From Acutalibacteraceae bacterium (GTDB lineage Bacteria; Bacillota; Clostridia; Peptostreptococcales; Anaerovoracaceae): a stretch of 64,000 nucleotides of DNA. This document shows, one piece after another, positions 8,897-18,892 of this stretch. Location of the stretch: the NCBI GenBank assembly GCA_963656785.1, contig CAVKJB010000010.1, forward strand, positions 2,470 to 66,469. The letters are read 5' to 3'. The translations under genes and the position numbers were made by a program. How positions within the stretch are numbered: the stretch's first letter is position 1; the number at the start of each line of letters is the position of its first letter. Below the pieces are notes generated by a model that saw nothing but the letters and a program-made list of their open reading frames with translations, was not told the origin of the DNA and ran no database searches.

Positions 8897-9706
8897 TTAT
8901 TTGTAATCGCTTACCGGGAACTTTTCCGGATAATTACCGTACATATGGCCGAAATCCAGATCGAACCCCAGGTCAACACCCGAGGCCTCCGCCCGCTTCT
9001 GAATTTCTTTCTTTCGCACATCGTTTTGCGCGGCATTGACTGTTTCCAAGGTGCTGAGAACGACGTCTCGGAAGATGTGGGATGGCATGCCGATTCCAAC
9101 TTCTCCATCGGAAGCGTTCATGCTTTGCCGTGCCCCGGCACACAGGAGAGATAAGTTGATGTCGTTTGTCATGTACGGCCGGGCAGTGAGGTCGGAACAT
9201 GCGCCCTGATTACCGATCGTGCCGATGTTGGATGCCATTCCGTAGTGGTAGGTGTATCCCTGGATGATGCGCATCGCCTGATAAGCGTCCGTGACCATGA
9301 TGGCCACATCGAATCTTTCCATCGTGTCAATGGGCCCGATCTCCACTCCGTATGCAATGTGATCAATCGGGAGCAAATCGCGCTGAACCTGATGCGCCAC
9401 TGCCATGTCCTCGTAGAGACGAAACGTATCGAATTGTTTTCCGGAACGTTCGTAGTTTGTCAGCGGTCGTAAGCCAAGCATTTCGGGCCCTCCCTGGCAG
9501 GTAAAAGAATCTTTCGTGGCCTTGATTTTCCGACCCTTCATTGCATTGTACAGCATGCGACAGTAGGTCATTTTGAATTCGAGAGATTCCGCATCACTTG
9601 CTTCATATTCCTGTTCAATGAGAAGAAAACGAACGCCGATGATTCTGCGTTCAAGACCCAGAACGATGGAAAAACGTTCTATTTGTTTTAAATAATCCTG
9701 ATTCAT
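8897..9706 (-). CDS. DUF169-like protein (paralogue 2)
   Basis: IIGVRF, YCRML, C-Q-G..MLGL, QAMRIIQGY, QGACSD, NLSLLCAGAR. Same Cys-motif skeleton as 7836-8582. Confidence 0.65.
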   Translation of the reverse strand: MNQDYLKQIERFSIVLGLERRIIGVRFLLIEQEYEASDAESLEFKMTYCRMLYNAMKGRKIKATKDSFTCQGGPEMLGLRPLTNYERSGKQFDTFRLYEDMAVAHQVQRDLLPIDHIAYGVEIGPIDTMERFDVAIMVTDAYQAMRIIQGYTYHYGMASNIGTIGNQGACSDLTARPYMTNDINLSLLCAGARQSMNASDGEVGIGMPSHIFRDVVLSTLETVNAAQNDVRKKEIQKRAEASGVDLGFDLDFGHMYGNYPEKFPVSDYK

Positions 9707-9718
9707 ACCAATCTCCTT

Positions 9719-10456
9719 CTAATTCAGTTGCTCTAAGAAACGCCGGATATGGATTTTACCGGAAGTATTTCGGATCTCCTCGGGGGTGCCTTCCTCGATA
9801 ATGGTACCGTTATTCATGAAGACAATCCGATCGGCGACATCGAAGGCAAAACGCATTTCATGCGTGACAATCAGCATGGTCTGATTGTGTGCTTTTGCCA
9901 GCTTCTTGATCAGATCCAGAATGCCGGAGACGAGTTCGGGATCGAGGGAAGATGTTGGCTCATCGAACAGGAGGATGGACGGATTTACCGCAAGCGCGCG
10001 TGCAATGCCGACTCGCTGCTGCTGCCCCCCGGATAGGCGAGATGGATATTCATTCGCCTTCTCCTCAAGACCAACCTGCCTGAGAAGATTCATCGCTTCC
10101 TGATTCGCTGTGTTTTTATCCATTTTCTGGACGTTGATCATCGGCATGGCAACATTCTGAATCACGGTCTTGTTCTTGAAGAGATTATAGTTCTGAAAAA
10201 CCATGGCGGAGTGCTTTCGGAACGCAATCAGATCTGCCTCCTTCGTCGGTTTACCGGCATCGATAACATCACCGTCAATTTCGAGCACTCCGGATTCCGG
10301 GATTTCCAGAAAATTAATACAGCGAAGGAATGTGGATTTTCCGGTACCGGAAGGTCCGACAATGACAACCACCTCACCCTTTTGAGCTTCAAAATTCACT
10401 CCGGTCAGAACCTGGAGGTTCCCGAATGATTTGTGAAGATTCTTAATTTTAATCAT
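9719..10456 (-). CDS. Polar amino-acid ABC transporter ATP-binding protein
   Basis: GPSGTGKST, MVFQNYNLF, LSGGQQQRVGIARAL, DEPTSSLDPE. Confidence 0.92.
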   Translation of the reverse strand: MIKIKNLHKSFGNLQVLTGVNFEAQKGEVVVIVGPSGTGKSTFLRCINFLEIPESGVLEIDGDVIDAGKPTKEADLIAFRKHSAMVFQNYNLFKNKTVIQNVAMPMINVQKMDKNTANQEAMNLLRQVGLEEKANEYPSRLSGGQQQRVGIARALAVNPSILLFDEPTSSLDPELVSGILDLIKKLAKAHNQTMLIVTHEMRFAFDVADRIVFMNNGTIIEEGTPEEIRNTSGKIHIRRFLEQLN

Positions 10457-10478
10457 GATCTCTCCTTAATAGATTGGG

Positions 10479-11144
10479 TTATAAGTGACGGCAAATTCGT
10501 TTCTCCATCAGTTTGAGCAATCTGCTGATGATGACGAGAAATCCCCAATACACGAAGCCGACGGCTACGTAGCCTTCCATGAAGCGAAGAGATGCACCTG
10601 CGAGCAGTTTCGCTTTGGACATAAGTTCGATGACCCCGATGGTGAATCCGATGGCCGTGTTTTTAATCATGGATATAAATGAGTTCCCGAGAGACGGAAA
10701 AGCCGCAACGAATGCCTGGGGCAGAATAATCTCCTTGTACATGTCAAATTTGCTCAATCCGATGGAGAGTGCCGCTTCTCTTTGGCCTTTGTCGACGGAG
10801 AGGAGACCTCCTCGAATCGTTTCCGCAATAAAAGCAGAACAATTCATTGCAACGGAAATAATCATGGCGACAGGCGCGGGCATCCCCTTCATGCAATCAA
10901 ACATCTGTGGCATTCCGTAGTAGAAGATGAAAAGCTGCATGATATAGGGGGTGGATCGAAAGAACGAAATATAAAGTCCGGCTGCTGTTCTAAGAACCTT
11001 ATACCTGGAGGTGTACATTAACTCAACAACGAGCCCCAGGAAGAAGGCGAGCAGGAAGGACCATAATCCCAAATACAGCGTATATGGAATCTTGACGATA
11101 AGTTTCGGAAAAAGCGAGAAAAAGAATGGTATATCAAAACGCAT
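10479..11144 (-). CDS. Polar amino-acid ABC transporter permease
   Basis: FFRSTP and the EAA loop AETIRGG..SVDKGQREAALSIG. Confidence 0.92.
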   Translation of the reverse strand: MRFDIPFFFSLFPKLIVKIPYTLYLGLWSFLLAFFLGLVVELMYTSRYKVLRTAAGLYISFFRSTPYIMQLFIFYYGMPQMFDCMKGMPAPVAMIISVAMNCSAFIAETIRGGLLSVDKGQREAALSIGLSKFDMYKEIILPQAFVAAFPSLGNSFISMIKNTAIGFTIGVIELMSKAKLLAGASLRFMEGYVAVGFVYWGFLVIISRLLKLMEKRICRHL

Positions 11145-11268
11145 GGAAATCCCCTTTCCACTTCATGCAGAATATAGCGATGTGCCGTATAACGATTAAC
11201 GGGGACGGCCGAAGACCGCCCCCATCTCTAATTCCAATCTGTTAATCTAAAACGCTTAAACGCCAGAA

Positions 11269-12060
11269 TTATTTATTTGCCTCATCCTGATCGAAGGAGG
11301 TGAAGTCTCTTCCAAAGTATTTCTCGGAGAGTTCCTTCATCGTGCCGTCTTCTCTCATTTCCTTCATTGCATTGTTGAACTTGTCAATGATTGCAGTGTC
11401 AGTATCCTTGGAGAACGGGAATGCCTGATAATCTGTGATGATCGGATCGCCGATCAGCTTGAAGTCATATCCGCCCTTCTTGACAGACTGGTCGAAGGAA
11501 AGGACGGTGATCGGGAATGCATCAAAGTGTTCCGACTGAAGTTCCTCGTATGCACTTCCGCTCGTTGTTACGCATTCGATTGGATTATCTTTGTGCTCCT
11601 TGTTGTACTTGGTGAAGAATGTTTCAAGAACCGTTCCGTATTCGATGCAGACCTTTCTGCCCTGAAGGTCATCCAATGTCTTTGCCGGATCGTCGCCTCT
11701 GACGCACATCTTAATTTCATTGGCTGTGTACTTATCGGAGAAATTGTAGGTCTCAGCGCGTTCATCGGTGTAGGAAACCTGTCCCGCAATGGTCGTGTAA
11801 GCACCGGAGTCCAATCCGGCGAACATTGCAGTGTAGTCATCCGACTGTTCCCACTTAACGGTGAGATTCTCTCTCTTTGCAATTTCTTCAATCAGGTCAT
11901 GTTCGAATCCGGTGATGTTACCGTCATCATCCGTGTAGATTACCGGATACAGGTTTCCGGCAACTACGGTAATTTCCGTTGGCTCGTCAGAACCGCAAGC
12001 AGTCAGTCCGAGCATCACTGCTACTACCATGGAGAGCAGCAGAACTAATTTCTTTTTCAT
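11269..12060 (-). CDS. Amino-acid ABC transporter substrate-binding lipoprotein (family 3)
   Basis: Lipobox LTAC, GFEHDL, DLQGRKV, MREDGTMKELSEKYFG. Confidence 0.9.
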   Translation of the reverse strand: MKKKLVLLLSMVVAVMLGLTACGSDEPTEITVVAGNLYPVIYTDDDGNITGFEHDLIEEIAKRENLTVKWEQSDDYTAMFAGLDSGAYTTIAGQVSYTDERAETYNFSDKYTANEIKMCVRGDDPAKTLDDLQGRKVCIEYGTVLETFFTKYNKEHKDNPIECVTTSGSAYEELQSEHFDAFPITVLSFDQSVKKGGYDFKLIGDPIITDYQAFPFSKDTDTAIIDKFNNAMKEMREDGTMKELSEKYFGRDFTSFDQDEANK

Positions 12061-12499
12061 GTGATTTCCTTTCTTGATTTATCGGAATTAGCGGGTTCAT
12101 TGTAGCAAAATTAACAAAAACTGTATAATTGATAATCACGATTTGCAAAAAGATCATATCTGAAAATCACATACAAGATCGCTTGTTAGAATCCAAGAAC
12201 AAAACCAAGTCCATCCGCCTTTGACCGCCTCCGCTTCACCGCGGATCTCTTTTGCCGCATGACCCTCGCAAGAAAAACAGGAAATTCGCTGTTTTGGTGC
12301 CCACAAGGGGGAATGATTCGTTATAATAGAAGTGCAGTGTGTGATGGGACAGACAGAACTTTGATTCGGAATGATTTGAATCAGATCCATTTGAAAGAAA
12401 TCGTTCCGGCGACATCGCTGTTCATTCCACTGTTTTCAGCCACAGCATTACAGAATATGATTGGAAGTTCCGAATCGAACCAAAAGCAAGGAGGTTCCC

Positions 12500-13603
12500 A
12501 TGACAGACAGACATGAGAATAGAAACGAATATATTATTCCGGAGAAAACCCCGGATGCGTCCGTGAATTCGGCTAAAAGCACACCTGCGACCGCCGGCAC
12601 CTCCGAGGAAACCGGAAAATCGAATGGCCTAGAGTTTTCGGACAAGCGGAGTGCATCTGCTTTCGCAGATACAAGCGTAATGTGCGAAGCGAACAGTCTT
12701 GATGAAGCGGATGGATCTCGAGTCACAGAAAACACCAAGACCTGGTCTCTTGGCAAGCGCATTCTCCGCTGCGTCCTGTATGGTATCCTCATGGCGCTGA
12801 TACTACTGGTGGCAGAAGGGGCATGGCGTGACGACTTCGTGGAGGGTGTGGTTGGTGTTGCCGATTCTTCCATTCTGGGCGCGCCGCTGGTGGCCCTCAT
12901 GGTTGCACTGCTCGAGAGCGGCGGCAGATGGCTGATGACGCTTCGCGCGTCGAGGCATCCGGGTTTTGATCGCGAGAGATTCCTCGGTTACTTAGGTGTC
13001 GGCCTCTGGATCACACTGGGATTCGAACTAATCATGTGCCTTGCAACGATGCTGGGTGGCGGAGTAATGGATGTTAATGTTCGATTTTCCACCGTGATCT
13101 GTCAGGTGGCAACACTGGTCATCATGGCAGTTCTGATGTGGCAGGAATACCGCTTTTGTGCATTATTCTGGCCGGCGCTTCTCTACTTCCTCTGGCTTAC
13201 ACCACTTCTCATTGTGCTGCCGGGAAGCCGCGTCATTACGGCAACGCAGAGAAGCATTGTGACCTTCGAACTGATTTACGGTGCACTACTGTGCCTGCTG
13301 GCCCTGATTGTCTTCCTGCGGAACCGAAGGAAGACGCAGGAGGATCTCGAGGAGAAGGCGGTAAGAAAAGCCGAGCAGAAGGCAGCAAAGGCAGACAAGA
13401 AGATCGCAAAGAAGGATGCAAAAGCGGCACACATGACGGAGGGTGCAGACGACATCTCGTACAAGGTCGGAGAGTCCGAAGAGATTAAAGCGGCTTTTGA
13501 CCGGAAAGAGTCGAATCTGAAATCCGTGGAACAGAAATACTTAAACGACGACGAGGCGGAAGTAAAGTACGGCAGTGGTAACGTCGAGGACAGGTATTTG
13601 TAA
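12500..13603 (+). CDS. Hypothetical multi-pass membrane protein with polar N- and C-terminal tails
   Basis: RBS aaggagg before ATG 12500. About six hydrophobic segments; family not recognised. Confidence 0.65.
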   Translation: MTDRHENRNEYIIPEKTPDASVNSAKSTPATAGTSEETGKSNGLEFSDKRSASAFADTSVMCEANSLDEADGSRVTENTKTWSLGKRILRCVLYGILMALILLVAEGAWRDDFVEGVVGVADSSILGAPLVALMVALLESGGRWLMTLRASRHPGFDRERFLGYLGVGLWITLGFELIMCLATMLGGGVMDVNVRFSTVICQVATLVIMAVLMWQEYRFCALFWPALLYFLWLTPLLIVLPGSRVITATQRSIVTFELIYGALLCLLALIVFLRNRRKTQEDLEEKAVRKAEQKAAKADKKIAKKDAKAAHMTEGADDISYKVGESEEIKAAFDRKESNLKSVEQKYLNDDEAEVKYGSGNVEDRYL

Positions 13604-13815
13604 AGAATAAACGAATGACAATGCGGGGAGAAAAGAACAACCTGTTCTCTCCGAATAACCGGAAAATGCATCTTTCAAGCAGGGCAGCAATAGTGCGAGC
13701 AGATACAAGTTAAGGCGGGGAGCACTGACAACAATACGCGCAGGTGTAAGTTAAGGCGGTGATCCCGGACAACAACCCGGACAGTAACAAAGAATGAAAA
13801 GAGGTAAGAAAGTAC

Positions 13816-16728
13816 ATGAATTTGGACAAGAATGAAGTAATCCATTCCTTTCGCGTAGTGCGTCGGACAGCATTGCCGGAGCTTGGTGGCGTGATGTACG
13901 TCATGGAACACGAGCCGACGGGGCTGCATCTGGCATGGCTAGATCGGGAGGAGGAGAACCGAACCTTCAACATCGCATTTCGGACGCTGCCGTGGAACGA
14001 CACCGGCGTGTTTCATATTCTGGAACATTCCGTGCTCTGCGGATCCGACCGTTACCCGGTCAAGGAACCGTTCGTGGAGCTGGTGAAGAATTCCATGAAT
14101 ACTTTCCTCAATGCCATGACCTTTCCGGACAAAACCGCCTATCCCGTGTGCAGTACCAACAACAAGGATTTCATCAACCTGATGCGTGTGTACATGGATG
14201 CGGTGCTGCATCCGTCGATCTACCGGAACCCGATGATTTTCCGGCAGGAGGGGTGGCATTACTCTTTCGACGAAGAAGGGAAGATTTCCTACAAAGGAGT
14301 GGTTTTCAATGAAATGAAGGGTGCTATGGCCAATGCGGACGAGACGCTGGAAGATGCCATCAATCTCGCCATCATGCCGGACACGCCGTATCGCTATAAT
14401 TCCGGTGGTGATCCGAAAAGTATTCCGGATTTGACCTACGAGGAATTCCTGGAGACGCATCGGAAATTCTATTCTCCCTCGAATGCCTATGTCTTTCTGG
14501 ATGGGAACATTGATATCGATGAGGTCCTGGGAATTCTGCAGAACGAATATCTTAAGGATTTCTGCCGCACGGAGGCGATTCTCCTGCCGCCGAAGCAACA
14601 GCCGGTGGACGGCGGTAGCCGTGTGGTAACCTATGAGGTCAGCACAGAAGAGAAAGATGAGCCACGGCACCGAATTGCGTGGGCGGGCGTTGTCGGCGAT
14701 TACAGCGACCGGGAGCGGTTGCTGGCGGTTCACGTTCTTCACAGTGTCCTTGCACACAATAATCATTCGCCGCTGCCGAAGATTATCCTGGACCGCGGAC
14801 TGGCGGAGGATGTTATCGTATCCATGATGGATTCTGTAAGACAGCCGTATGCCAAGATTGAAGTCCGGAACTGCGAGGCGAAGGACCTGGATGAGATTCG
14901 TACGCTCGTCTTCAAGGAGCTTCGCCGCCTGGCAGACGAGGGACTCGATCACGACGAGATCGAATCGACGCTGACCAATACCGAATTTCTGATGCGCGAG
15001 CGCGACTGCGGATCCTACCCGCTAGGGTTACTGTACAGCTTCAATGCGATCGAGAACTGGATGTATGGCGGCGAGCCGGAAACCAACCTTCAGATTGGAT
15101 CTTATTTTGACCGGCTTCGTCAAAGAATCGGCGAAGGCTACTTCGAGCAGCTGATTCGCGAACTGTATTTAGAGAACCCGCATTGCTGCGAGGTGATTCT
15201 GGAACCATCCGAGACCGAAGGAGAGGAGAGGCGCCGGGAAGAATGTGCCCGACTCCTGGAGACCGAGGCATCGTGGACAGAGGAAGAACGACACGCTTAT
15301 CAGGAGGCCGAGAAAGAACTGGATGCATGGCAGAACCGGGAGGATTCACCGGAGGAGCTTCAGTGCTTGCCGCATCTGACCTTGGAAGATATTCAGAATA
15401 TGCCGGAGAAGATACCGACAGAAGTTCTTGAGGTGGATGGGTCGACGGTGCTACTCCACGATATTCAGACGAACGGCATTATTTACGTGAATGCGTTCTT
15501 TGACATCACAGACGCTACGGAGGAGGAGTTGGCGTGGATTTCCTTCCTGACAGAAACGCTGGGCAAGCTGGATACGAAGACATCCACGGCGATGGACCTG
15601 CTGAACCGTTGCCACCGCAGCTGCGGGGGACTTAGCTTCACGACATCGGCTTTTACCCGAAATAACAGCGCGGTGGAATACGAGACGAAGCTTATTGTGA
15701 CATTCAGCACACTCCGGAAGAATCTGGAAGAGGCGGTAAAACTAGTTACGGAGATCCTGACAGAGACCGACTTCTCGGATGAGGATGCGGTTCGGAAGCT
15801 TCTCATGCAGGACCGCGGCGAGATGCAGCAGGATATGGCAATGGCAGGGCACTCCATCGGCATCCGGCGTCTGACGGCGATGTATACCGCGGCCGGTGTG
15901 GTCAACGAGTGCACGGATGGGCTGACGTATTACGAGTGGATGAAGAAGCAGGAACAGAGCTGGAATCCGGCGGAATTCCTGCCGAAGCTTACGAATGCAC
16001 TTCGGGGGTACGCCTCTGAGAATCGAATGACACTGAGTATTACAGGCGGAAGTGCGGAGGATGCGGCGCTATTGACGGATTTGTTCCGCGAGGGGCTGAG
16101 ACCGAACGAAGAATATGCTATCCCGGTATCGGATCATCGCGTAAAACCGTGGGGGAAACGCAAAGAAGGCATCGTCATACCGGCAGATGTTTCTTTCGCG
16201 GTGCGCGGCGGGAACATCTGCGAGTACGGATCATCCTGGAGCGGAGAACTGTCGCTGGCGGCTCGCATCGTGTCATATGCCTACCTTTGGAATGTCATCC
16301 GCGTACAGGGCGGTGCATACGGCAGCGGCCTTACCGCTGGGATGAGTGGGTTGGTGGCATGCTATTCCTACCGCGATCCGAGCGGGGCGAAATCGCTGGA
16401 GACATACACCACCGTGGGCGACTTCCTGGCGGAATTTATGAAGAGTGATCCGGATCTTACAGGGTTCATCATCGGAGCAGTATCGGAATCCTCTCGCGTG
16501 ATGAGCCCCCGGCTTAAGGCAACAGCAGGGGACAGCCTGTATTTTGGCGGTCGTACTTACGAAGATCGATGCAGGGAACGACGCCGTGTTCTGAATTCGA
16601 CGCCGGAGAGCCTGGCGCAGTACGCAAAGCCGCTGACTGACGCCATCCGCGAGGGAGGTATCGTTATCGCCGGTGGTCGAAATCAGATTGACGCCTGCGA
16701 AGGGCTGGACCGAGTTATTACGATATAA
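13816..16728 (+). CDS. M16C (insulinase/PreP-like) zinc metallopeptidase
   Basis: Inverted zinc motif HILEH-SVLCGS..YPVKEPF, FLNAMT, GVVFNEMKG, RVQGGAYG, YSYRDP; 970 aa. Confidence 0.92.
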   Translation: MNLDKNEVIHSFRVVRRTALPELGGVMYVMEHEPTGLHLAWLDREEENRTFNIAFRTLPWNDTGVFHILEHSVLCGSDRYPVKEPFVELVKNSMNTFLNAMTFPDKTAYPVCSTNNKDFINLMRVYMDAVLHPSIYRNPMIFRQEGWHYSFDEEGKISYKGVVFNEMKGAMANADETLEDAINLAIMPDTPYRYNSGGDPKSIPDLTYEEFLETHRKFYSPSNAYVFLDGNIDIDEVLGILQNEYLKDFCRTEAILLPPKQQPVDGGSRVVTYEVSTEEKDEPRHRIAWAGVVGDYSDRERLLAVHVLHSVLAHNNHSPLPKIILDRGLAEDVIVSMMDSVRQPYAKIEVRNCEAKDLDEIRTLVFKELRRLADEGLDHDEIESTLTNTEFLMRERDCGSYPLGLLYSFNAIENWMYGGEPETNLQIGSYFDRLRQRIGEGYFEQLIRELYLENPHCCEVILEPSETEGEERRREECARLLETEASWTEEERHAYQEAEKELDAWQNREDSPEELQCLPHLTLEDIQNMPEKIPTEVLEVDGSTVLLHDIQTNGIIYVNAFFDITDATEEELAWISFLTETLGKLDTKTSTAMDLLNRCHRSCGGLSFTTSAFTRNNSAVEYETKLIVTFSTLRKNLEEAVKLVTEILTETDFSDEDAVRKLLMQDRGEMQQDMAMAGHSIGIRRLTAMYTAAGVVNECTDGLTYYEWMKKQEQSWNPAEFLPKLTNALRGYASENRMTLSITGGSAEDAALLTDLFREGLRPNEEYAIPVSDHRVKPWGKRKEGIVIPADVSFAVRGGNICEYGSSWSGELSLAARIVSYAYLWNVIRVQGGAYGSGLTAGMSGLVACYSYRDPSGAKSLETYTTVGDFLAEFMKSDPDLTGFIIGAVSESSRVMSPRLKATAGDSLYFGGRTYEDRCRERRRVLNSTPESLAQYAKPLTDAIREGGIVIAGGRNQIDACEGLDRVITI

Positions 16729-16757
16729 TAGACTGTGGATTATAATAGACTGTGGAT
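16724..16757. repeat. 17-bp tandem duplication
   Basis: tataatagactgtggat twice, followed by a degenerate third unit. Confidence 0.85.
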
Positions 16758-16782
16758 TTAAAAAAGACTAGGGGATAATGAA

Positions 16783-18210
16783 ATGAGGAAAACCAAAATC
16801 ATCTGTACCATCGGGCCGGCCAGCGAGTCGGAGGATATTTTTAGGCAAATGTGCCAGGCGGGGCTCAACGTTGCGAGACTGAATTTCTCCCACGGAGATC
16901 ACGCGGAGCACTTAAAGCGCATCGAGATGATTCGCCGTGTTCGGGACGATATGCATTTGCCGATTGCGATCATGCTGGACACCAAGGGCCCGGAGTACCG
17001 TATCGGTACGTTCGAAAATCACCGCGTGATGCTGACGGATGGCCAGGATTTCACATTCACCGTAGATAAGGTGGAAGGAGATGAAACGCGAGTTTCCGTC
17101 AGCTACGAGGGTTTTGCACGAGACCTGAAACCGGGCGACCGGATTCTGGTGAATAACGGTCTGGTGGTGTGCCGGGTTCAAGCCGTGAATGGAAGCGATG
17201 TGCTGACCCGCGTGGAAATCGGGGGTGAACTTTCCGACCGGAAGAGCATGAATTTTCCGGGAAAGCTTCTCAGCAATGCATTTTTAAGCGAACAGGATAA
17301 GAAGGATCTTCTTTTCGGTATTGAACAGGATGTGGATTTCGTGGCGGCATCGTTCGTCTCGACGAAGGCGGATGCACAGGAAATGCGAGATTTTCTTGAT
17401 GCGAACGGCGGGCAGGAGATCGACATCATCGCCAAGATTGAGAATCAGTCCGGCGTGGATAATGTTGAAGAAATCTGTGAAATTGTGGATGGCATCATGG
17501 TGGCTCGCGGCGATCTCGGTGTGGAGATTCCCTTCGTGGAGGTTCCGGCGATTCAGAAGAAAATCGTCTCGAAGTGTCGGATGCTCGGAAAACGTGTCAT
17601 CGTTGCAACGGAAATGCTGGAATCCATGATTCACAACATCCGTCCAACGAGAGCAGAGATCTCCGATGTGGCGAATGCGGTGTACGAGGGTGCGTCCGCG
17701 GTGATGCTCTCCGGTGAAAGTGCTGCCGGAAAATATCCGGTCGAGGCGGTATCCACGATGGCAGAAGTCGCGGAATACACCGAATCTCACATCGATTACA
17801 AGGCGCGTTTTCGCAAGACGGATTTCACGACTCGGAACGTGCTGGATGCCCTGTCCCACTCGGCTTGCCACATGGCGCTCGATGTGGAGGCGAAGTGCCT
17901 GATTGTCAGTTCGGTCAGCGGCCTGACCGCACGGATGGTTAGCCGTTTCCGATCCCCGGTTCCGATCATCGGCACGACGATTCGCCCGAAGGCTTACCGC
18001 AAGCTGGCACTCTCCTGGGGTGTCATTCCGGTTCTGTGCGAGGAATATGAATCCATGGATGTGCTCTTCTTCCATGCCACAAAAGAGGCGACGAAGCTTC
18101 TGGACCTCAAGGTGGGGGACAATATCATCCTGATGGGCGGAAAACTGACCGGAGAGACGGGAAATACGAATATGCTGAAATTCGAGACGATTAAACGGTT
18201 GTATGAATAG
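16783..18210 (+). CDS. pyk: Pyruvate kinase
   Basis: MRKTKIICTIGPAS, ARLNFSHG, DTKGPE, IAKIEN, MVARGDLGVE, PTRAE, MLSGESA. Confidence 0.97.
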   Translation: MRKTKIICTIGPASESEDIFRQMCQAGLNVARLNFSHGDHAEHLKRIEMIRRVRDDMHLPIAIMLDTKGPEYRIGTFENHRVMLTDGQDFTFTVDKVEGDETRVSVSYEGFARDLKPGDRILVNNGLVVCRVQAVNGSDVLTRVEIGGELSDRKSMNFPGKLLSNAFLSEQDKKDLLFGIEQDVDFVAASFVSTKADAQEMRDFLDANGGQEIDIIAKIENQSGVDNVEEICEIVDGIMVARGDLGVEIPFVEVPAIQKKIVSKCRMLGKRVIVATEMLESMIHNIRPTRAEISDVANAVYEGASAVMLSGESAAGKYPVEAVSTMAEVAEYTESHIDYKARFRKTDFTTRNVLDALSHSACHMALDVEAKCLIVSSVSGLTARMVSRFRSPVPIIGTTIRPKAYRKLALSWGVIPVLCEEYESMDVLFFHATKEATKLLDLKVGDNIILMGGKLTGETGNTNMLKFETIKRLYE

Positions 18211-18331
18211 GGGACAGCAGCTGTCGAGATCCGGAAGGAAAACGGCGACCATGCACGATCCTTGCCGTTGAATTGTTCGGTCGATTGTGTTAGTTTATAG
18301 AAGGAACAATTATTAACAGAGTTTTACACGA

Positions 18332-18615
18332 TTCAGGTGTCGGCCACTTTCGGAAGCCGTAGCTTGTGAAATCCTCAGTGACAAACGGATTATGTAGTCC
18401 ATGTGCAGCGGCTGCATAGCAGAGAGATTGGGGTATAGAGCAACCTGCAGCCGCCGGAAGCCGGGGGCGATGAAAAGGGAATCTGGTGAGAATCCAGAGC
18501 GAAGCCGTCACTGTGTTAGGGAGCAAATCCGCAGAATCACTGGAAATTGCCGAAAGAGCGCAATCCTTCCGGGAAGAGCGGAGGCGCGTTGATCGAAGTC
18601 AGGAGACCTGCCTGA
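18332..18615 (+). ncRNA. Cobalamin (AdoCbl-type) riboswitch with a long P2 arm
   Basis: Core aaaagggaa-tctggtgagaatccaga, cactgt, cactgg...gggaag and B12 box agtcaggagacctgcc. P1 candidate tcaggt (18333) pairs with gcctga (about 18610). Lies upstream of the cob cluster. Confidence 0.92.
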
Positions 18616-18758
18616 GTTGGGGATGTTGGATTTGCGGTACTCGAATCCATTTCCGATGAGGCCGAGCCCGTCTGCGAGAAGGGGGATACCATCTGCAGAG
18701 GGCTAATTTGTGTATGCCGCGAAAGCGAGCAACGCCGGCCGCGGCGGGAGGACGATAA

Positions 18759-18790
18759 GGCTGCAGATTGATCTGCAGCCGTTTATTTTT
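18759..18790 (+). terminator. Leader terminator of the cobalamin riboswitch expression platform
   Basis: ggctgcagat-tg-atctgcagcc followed by gtttattttt. Confidence 0.75.
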
Positions 18791-18892
18791 GCCCGGGGAA
18801 AACTGGGCCGGAAGAACATTCACTCCACGCGGAAAATCCCGATGGTAGAACGGTAAAGTTCATCAATCAATACCGAAAGGGAGGAAAGTCTA

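Noticed and set aside
11200..11225. Hairpin between SBP and permease as a separate ncRNA
   Set aside because: Ordinary intercistronic stem-loop, typical of differential mRNA stability in ABC operons.
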